Below are positions 59,037 to 64,000 of a DNA stretch of 64,000 nt, piece by piece; positions within the stretch are counted from its first letter, which is position 1, and each line of letters starts with the position of its first letter. Below the pieces are notes generated by a model. The model was not told the origin of the DNA and searched no databases. It was given only the letters and a program-made list of their open reading frames with translations. Source of the stretch: a virus. Taxonomy: Duplodnaviria > Caudoviricetes. The stretch lies in the IMG/VR virus record IMGVR_UViG_3300027759_000043; one strand, 5' to 3'. Both the position numbers and the translations under genes were made by a program.

Positions 59037-59419
59037 GAGCACGAGAGTTTATTACAGAAGATCAAAATTTACCTCCTGAGCAAGCAGATCCCATGAGTCA
59101 TGTGTTTGTGTTGCCCGGAGTTAGATCTTCAGATCCTTACCAAATATACCGACTGGGTGTGGCCATGGCCCGAGCCCGTAGCGATGCTGGCACACAAGAT
59201 CCAATACCCTACATGCCTACCTGGAGTGCGCAAGCGGCATTTGGTGAAGAAGCAGTGATTGCTGGATTCAATGGTAATGTAGCGCCGGTGATTGATCAGG
59301 CATTGAAAATGGCTGGACTGCCAGGTGGCAAAGTACAAGTCAGTACACCAAACAGCATTGAGCCTGCCTCTGTAGACACACAAAGTCCTGTAAAAGGATT
59401 CAAAGGCTACCCAAGGTAA
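59033..59419 (+). CDS. MRAREF-family paralogue 4
   Basis: MRAREFITE...SPVKGFKGYPR. Confidence 0.85.
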   Translation: MRAREFITEDQNLPPEQADPMSHVFVLPGVRSSDPYQIYRLGVAMARARSDAGTQDPIPYMPTWSAQAAFGEEAVIAGFNGNVAPVIDQALKMAGLPGGKVQVSTPNSIEPASVDTQSPVKGFKGYPR

Positions 59420-59451
59420 CATAAATATTAGCCTATTTAAAAGGTATCTTT

Positions 59452-60267
59452 ATGAAACAACTCATTGCCTTGTTGGCATTGGCGGTATCCTTATCGGCTC
59501 ATGCCTGGGACCAACGAGCCCCTAATCCTGTACAAGCCTGTCAAGCGCACTCACCTTATGGATTTGCTACAGTCAAACGTGCTGTGCAACCCATCTGCCG
59601 TGAAGCATATCTAGTGGCATATGATGCTCCTGTAAAGATTCCTGCTTATGTGGCCTACACATTGCTACCGCAAAACGCATTGGGTTGCTTTCCCCGCACC
59701 AATGCTTTTGTTGCTGATCAAAGCGTCCAGGGCGGTGCTAGACCAGATGATTATGCTGGCACAGGCTATGACAAAGGACATGCCGCTCCTGATGGCGATT
59801 TATCTTGGTCAGCACAAGTGGAATACGAATCATTCCTTATGACCAATATGTATCCACAACACGGTAGTTTAAATCGTGGCATTTGGAAACTGTTGGAAAC
59901 AAGTGTGCGTGGTTGGGCAGTACAACTCAATCAACCCTACACAATTTATGTGGGTGCGTTCTACGGACCCGGTGATGAGTCAATTGGCAACGGCGTCGTT
60001 GTGCCACACGGCTTTTACAAAATTGTAATCAACAATCAAACCAAACAAATTGCTGGTTGGGCATTCCCACATACCAAACCCTATGTTAATTTAGGCAATG
60101 ACTTGACCAAGTTCCGACTGCCAGTCAGCCAAATTGAAATCACAGCAGGTGTTAAATTTGCTTACCCAGCAGGTGCTCGAGAACTACAGCCCGGACAAGA
60201 ATGGCCTGTGGACTACGGGTCTCTCACCAACGCTAAACGTGCTCGGTGTGGTCGGAATGCAGAATAA
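59452..60267 (+). CDS. DNA/RNA non-specific endonuclease (NucA/EndoG family) with signal peptide
   Basis: GYDKGH, SFLMTNMYPQ, LNRGIWKLLE; N-terminal MKQLIALLALAVSLSAHA. Confidence 0.92.
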   Translation: MKQLIALLALAVSLSAHAWDQRAPNPVQACQAHSPYGFATVKRAVQPICREAYLVAYDAPVKIPAYVAYTLLPQNALGCFPRTNAFVADQSVQGGARPDDYAGTGYDKGHAAPDGDLSWSAQVEYESFLMTNMYPQHGSLNRGIWKLLETSVRGWAVQLNQPYTIYVGAFYGPGDESIGNGVVVPHGFYKIVINNQTKQIAGWAFPHTKPYVNLGNDLTKFRLPVSQIEITAGVKFAYPAGARELQPGQEWPVDYGSLTNAKRARCGRNAE

Positions 60268-60334
60268 CCCATATCCTGTATACCCAGAGGACGATGGTCG
60301 CGATCGATTTCGTAACCCCTACAGTCCTGTATAA
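60257..60334 (+). CDS. Candidate 25-aa micro-protein
   Basis: MQNNPYPVYPEDDGRDRFRNPYSPV fills the gap exactly, overlaps the nuclease stop, and its TAA begins the next promoter TAACTA. Confidence 0.45.
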   Translation: MQNNPYPVYPEDDGRDRFRNPYSPV

Positions 60335-60342
60335 CTAATTGA

Positions 60343-61077
60343 ATGCAACATTGCTATCATAACTATTCTGCTTATGCCAATCTATTATTGAATTGGGTAG
60401 GAACTGACCAACAACATAATCTTAGAGCAAAACTAGACCCGTCGTTTAGACCTACCTGGCTAGAATCTGGTTGGGCAGACGATAATGTGATCGAATATCA
60501 ATTCAACAGTGGTGGTTTTAGAACAGACGAGTTTGATCAATCCAAAAGAATCTTGATCTTAGGCTCAAGCCCCACAGTTGGTGTAGGGCTACATCGATCA
60601 CAAACATGGTCTGAATTGTTGAGTAAAAAAATCAATCAACCTGTTTGGAATTTGGCCACTGGTACAGGCTGTTCTGATACTATGTATAGGGTATGTAAAA
60701 ATTATATTTCGCAACTGAACATAAGCATGGTCATTGAACTTGGCGGAGAGAAAGATGCTTTTGAGATATACTTTCAAAATCATTGGCAAATAATCAACAG
60801 TCCTGAATATGATGCTATCTCGTCATTGAAAAGTTTGGTACATTCATGGTATTCAGACACGGAAAATTTAAAAATAAATCAAGAAAAAAATACCGCCGCT
60901 ATGAAATGGATTTGTCATGAAAATCAAGTGCCTTATTATAAATTTTCTTTAAGTGAAATACAAATGAAGTACTATGACATGATAGGTCAATCTGACTGCT
61001 CTCGATGTGGTCATCATGCAGGCCCAAAATTTCACACGGCGGCTGCAGATTATATTGCCGATCATATAATTTTGTAA
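60343..61077 (+). CDS. SGNH-hydrolase-like hypothetical protein
   Basis: ILILGSSPTVGVG, WNLATGTG, C-terminal HHAGP; AT-rich. Confidence 0.55.
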   Translation: MQHCYHNYSAYANLLLNWVGTDQQHNLRAKLDPSFRPTWLESGWADDNVIEYQFNSGGFRTDEFDQSKRILILGSSPTVGVGLHRSQTWSELLSKKINQPVWNLATGTGCSDTMYRVCKNYISQLNISMVIELGGEKDAFEIYFQNHWQIINSPEYDAISSLKSLVHSWYSDTENLKINQEKNTAAMKWICHENQVPYYKFSLSEIQMKYYDMIGQSDCSRCGHHAGPKFHTAAADYIADHIIL

Positions 61078-61084
61078 ATACTAG

Positions 61085-62656
61085 ATGACCAAAACACTAG
61101 AAGGCGTACTGGTCAAAGCACCATACCGACGCCAAACGTTCTCTGATGATCAACTGCAGGAGTTTCTTGCCTGTGCCGATCCTCAAGACGGTCCTCACTA
61201 CTTTTTAGATCACTTCTTTTACATACAGCACCCCACACAGGGCAAGATGTTGTATCATCCGTTTTCTTATCAAAAGCGACTGATCGACACTTACCACAAC
61301 AACCGCTATAGCATAAGCATGATGCCGCGACAAACCGGCAAGTCCACATCAGCGGCTGGCTACATTCTCTGGTACGCCATGTTTGTGCCTGATTCCACTA
61401 TCCTTATTGCCGCACACAAGTACACAGGTGCCCAAGAGATCATGCAACGTATTCGCTTTGCTTATGAACTGTGCCCAGATCATATTCGAGCAGGTGTCAC
61501 CAGTTACAACAAAGGCTCCATAGACTTTGAAAACGGATCAAGAATTGTGTCAGCCACAACAACCGAAACAACTGGTCGTGGTATGAGTATTACTTTGCTG
61601 TACGCTGACGAGTTTGCGTTTGTGCGGCCCACTATTGCTACTGAGTTTTGGACCAGTATCTCCCCTACACTGGCCACAGGTGGTAAGGCCATTATCACAA
61701 GTACCCCCAACTCAGACGAAGATCAGTTTGCACTAATCTGGAAAGGTGCCAACAAGTGCATAGACGAGTTTGGCAACCCAACTGAACTGGGCATGAATGG
61801 ATTCCGAGCATTTAGAAGTTACTGGCAAGAGCACCCGGACCGTGACGAAGCCTGGGGTGAGAACATGCGGGCACAACTGGGTGATGATCGTTTCCGTCGA
61901 GAGATTGGTTGTGAGTTCATTATCAATGATGAAACACTTATTGCCCCGGCCAAGTTACTAGATTTAGAAAGTCGTGATCCTTGGAAACGTACAGGACATG
62001 TGCGTTGGTACGAAGCAATCAAACCCGACAGCATTTATGTTGTGGCACTAGACCCGTCATTAGGCACCGGAGGTGACCCTGCGGCCATACAGATATTTGA
62101 AGCCAACACCACACGTCAAGTGGGCGAGTGGACACACAACCGCACACCCATTCCAGAACAGATACGCATACTGTCGGACATCTGTAAGTACATCAACGAA
62201 ACTGTGCAAAACGACAAGAACATCTACTACAGCATCGAAAACAACACCATTGGCGAAGCAGGCTTGATCTCTATTGCAGAATTTGGTGAAGAAAACATAC
62301 AGGGTTACTTTTTGTCAGATCCACACATGAGCGGTAGTAACAGACGTATGCGCAAGGGCTTTAATACCACGCACAAAAGCAAACTGAGTGCCTGTGCCAA
62401 AGTTAAAAATCTAATAGAAACCAATAGAATGACTGTACACAGTGCGGCCTTGATAAGTGAACTCAAGACCTTTGTGGCTTCGGGCTTGAGTTTTGCCGCA
62501 AAAATAGGCGAAACAGATGACCTTGTGATGAGCATGCTATTAGCGGTGCGTATGATGCAGGTTTTACAGAGTTTTTATACAGAACTAGACAGTCAAATGA
62601 AGGATCACATGGACAACATAATTGAACCCATGCCTTTTATCTCTGTGATGCACTAA
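61085..62656 (+). CDS. gp17: Terminase large subunit (T4 gp17 family)
   Basis: PRQTGKS Walker A, LLYADEFAF Walker B, ITSTPN, ALDPSLG, DDLVMS. Confidence 0.97.
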   Translation: MTKTLEGVLVKAPYRRQTFSDDQLQEFLACADPQDGPHYFLDHFFYIQHPTQGKMLYHPFSYQKRLIDTYHNNRYSISMMPRQTGKSTSAAGYILWYAMFVPDSTILIAAHKYTGAQEIMQRIRFAYELCPDHIRAGVTSYNKGSIDFENGSRIVSATTTETTGRGMSITLLYADEFAFVRPTIATEFWTSISPTLATGGKAIITSTPNSDEDQFALIWKGANKCIDEFGNPTELGMNGFRAFRSYWQEHPDRDEAWGENMRAQLGDDRFRREIGCEFIINDETLIAPAKLLDLESRDPWKRTGHVRWYEAIKPDSIYVVALDPSLGTGGDPAAIQIFEANTTRQVGEWTHNRTPIPEQIRILSDICKYINETVQNDKNIYYSIENNTIGEAGLISIAEFGEENIQGYFLSDPHMSGSNRRMRKGFNTTHKSKLSACAKVKNLIETNRMTVHSAALISELKTFVASGLSFAAKIGETDDLVMSMLLAVRMMQVLQSFYTELDSQMKDHMDNIIEPMPFISVMH

Positions 62657-62666
62657 ATATAAAACT

Positions 62667-64000
62667 ATGGCAGCGAATACCCCCGGACAACAACTAAACG
62701 ATTTATTGGTCACTAGAAATTTTGACCCTGAAGCATTGGATGCACGAACTGGCAAGCCACCCTTGGACGATCAAGGTGCTCCTGATCCAGAAGCGGCTGA
62801 CATGTTCACATTTGACTGGGTAGCAGACTCGGGCAAAAACTACGGCACAGTTGTGTGCTTGATAGGTGCTGACAACAACTTTGAGGTTTACTTTGGCGAC
62901 AATCTGGGCCGCGGCATGGAGTTTGACGACAAGGCCGATTGGTACGAATTTCTGGATCAGTTGCGTAACTTTGCCAAGCGCAATTTATTACGCTATGACC
63001 TGCAGAATCTGCGTAGATTGAAATACACCATGGCCGGAATGGCCGCCATTAAAGAGGGCCTGTTTGAAGGCTACTATGGCAACCGAAAGGTAAGTTATGC
63101 TGGCGAGCCCACACAAGCCCGACTCCGGATCAAGCACAATCGCACACTAGGTGAAAACGATGCACGTTTCCGTTATGTGGAAAGTTTGTTTATTGAAACT
63201 GCCGAAGGCGAAGTGTTCAAAATGCCGTTCAAGAAATTAGCAGGCGGCAGAGCCATGCTGGAACATGTGCGTCACGGTGGCACACCTTATGATGCCCGTG
63301 GACAACACATTGTGGAAATAGTTGAACAGATCAATGTGCTATCACAGTTCCGCAGAGCACATCAAGGTCGAGTGTTTGAAGGTGCTGCCGGTGAACTGGT
63401 GGCAGAAACAACTGAATACCTGAATCGACTGCGTCACAACTTAAAAGCCGTGAGCAACGATCGCGGTTACACCCAATACTTTGAATCATGGAGCCCGGCC
63501 ACAGTGTCGGAATCAGATCTCATAGTGGAAGATTTAAAAAGCCTCTTTGTGGAAACACGTATCGATCCACGCATAGAGCAAGCATTGCCCATGTTGGCAA
63601 GAATACAAAAGGAAGCACTAGCCATGAAAGAAGCAGAAATATTTGAATCCTGGGCCAATCGTATCGTAGAAGGTACTTGGGCACTGCCAGAAACTCCTGA
63701 GCAACAAGATGAACTCAAAATGCTGATGAGTCAACCACTTGTGGCAGGTGCTGATGGCATGAATGCCACAGAACAACTGTATGGCTTGGTTGGCGATGAC
63801 GAGTTGTTTGACATCATTGGCGACATTGCTGTAGATCCTGATGCCAACATCTGGGACGATGAACGTGTGCAAAACCGCTTGGAAGAACTAGGCGTGTACA
63901 TGGTCACACCAGCAGAACCTGCTGTGGCCGCACCAGCCGCCGAAGCACCTCCTGTGGCCGAAAACGGTCCATACGACTTGCCAGGCAAGGATTATGATCG
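62667..64000 (+). CDS. Large hypothetical protein, runs off the window end (absent from the ORF track)
   Basis: ATG 7 nt after TAAATA; translated by hand MAANTPGQQLNDLLVTRNFDPE...GKDYDR with no stop seen; several hydrophobic-x-Glu sites. Confidence 0.85.
   Translation, partial: MAANTPGQQLNDLLVTRNFDPEALDARTGKPPLDDQGAPDPEAADMFTFDWVADSGKNYGTVVCLIGADNNFEVYFGDNLGRGMEFDDKADWYEFLDQLRNFAKRNLLRYDLQNLRRLKYTMAGMAAIKEGLFEGYYGNRKVSYAGEPTQARLRIKHNRTLGENDARFRYVESLFIETAEGEVFKMPFKKLAGGRAMLEHVRHGGTPYDARGQHIVEIVEQINVLSQFRRAHQGRVFEGAAGELVAETTEYLNRLRHNLKAVSNDRGYTQYFESWSPATVSESDLIVEDLKSLFVETRIDPRIEQALPMLARIQKEALAMKEAEIFESWANRIVEGTWALPETPEQQDELKMLMSQPLVAGADGMNATEQLYGLVGDDELFDIIGDIAVDPDANIWDDERVQNRLEELGVYMVTPAEPAVAAPAAEAPPVAENGPYDLPGKDYD

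Noticed and set aside
57006-59419. CRISPR-like or DGR-like reading of the repeated atgagagc..gag starts
   Set aside because: Repeats are degenerate at third codon positions and spaced by whole genes; no reverse transcriptase or cas gene in the window
59434-59439. Minus-strand TAAATA pointing antisense into the MRAREF array
   Set aside because: An AT-rich hexamer is expected many times by chance and no downstream gene or structure supports it
1-64000. Stop-codon recoding, inteins or introns in core genes
   Set aside because: Portal, capsid, sheath, terminase and gp46 read through intact at plausible lengths under the standard code, and TAA, TAG and TGA all serve as stops

Overview
A 64-kb segment of a large T4-like (myovirus) phage genome, read with the standard genetic code, covering most of the virion morphogenesis region. 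Head genes: portal, prohead protease, scaffold, major capsid protein, gp4, large terminase. Neck and tail genes: gp13/14/15, sheath, tube and a tube paralogue, a tape-measure/lysozyme protein and its assembly chaperone. It also holds a 19.4-kb block of five modular Gly/Asn/Thr-rich fibre genes, a few DNA-metabolism genes (gp46, dNMP kinase, DEDD exonuclease) and interspersed accessory genes (two radical SAM enzymes, MTA/SAH nucleosidase + APRT, glycosyltransferase-like proteins, NUDIX, a secreted nuclease). Most notable: (1) a ~400-nt, densely base-paired non-coding element directly behind a small GIY-YIG-type gene; (2) an operon of four paralogous MRAREF...FKGYPR proteins with an Ntn-hydrolase embedded, inside an island of probable capsid-packaged proteins; (3) a correctly phased U-UUU-UUC -1 slippery site giving a G/GT-style tail chaperone; (4) a TAA(A/C/G)TA late-promoter system producing apparently leaderless mRNAs, with structured leaders on some genes; (5) a six-copy M[TS]xE[QE]WL repeat on a fibre chaperone. 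No tRNA, rRNA, CRISPR array, reverse transcriptase or intein was recognised. All family calls are from motif recognition by eye; no database search was run.
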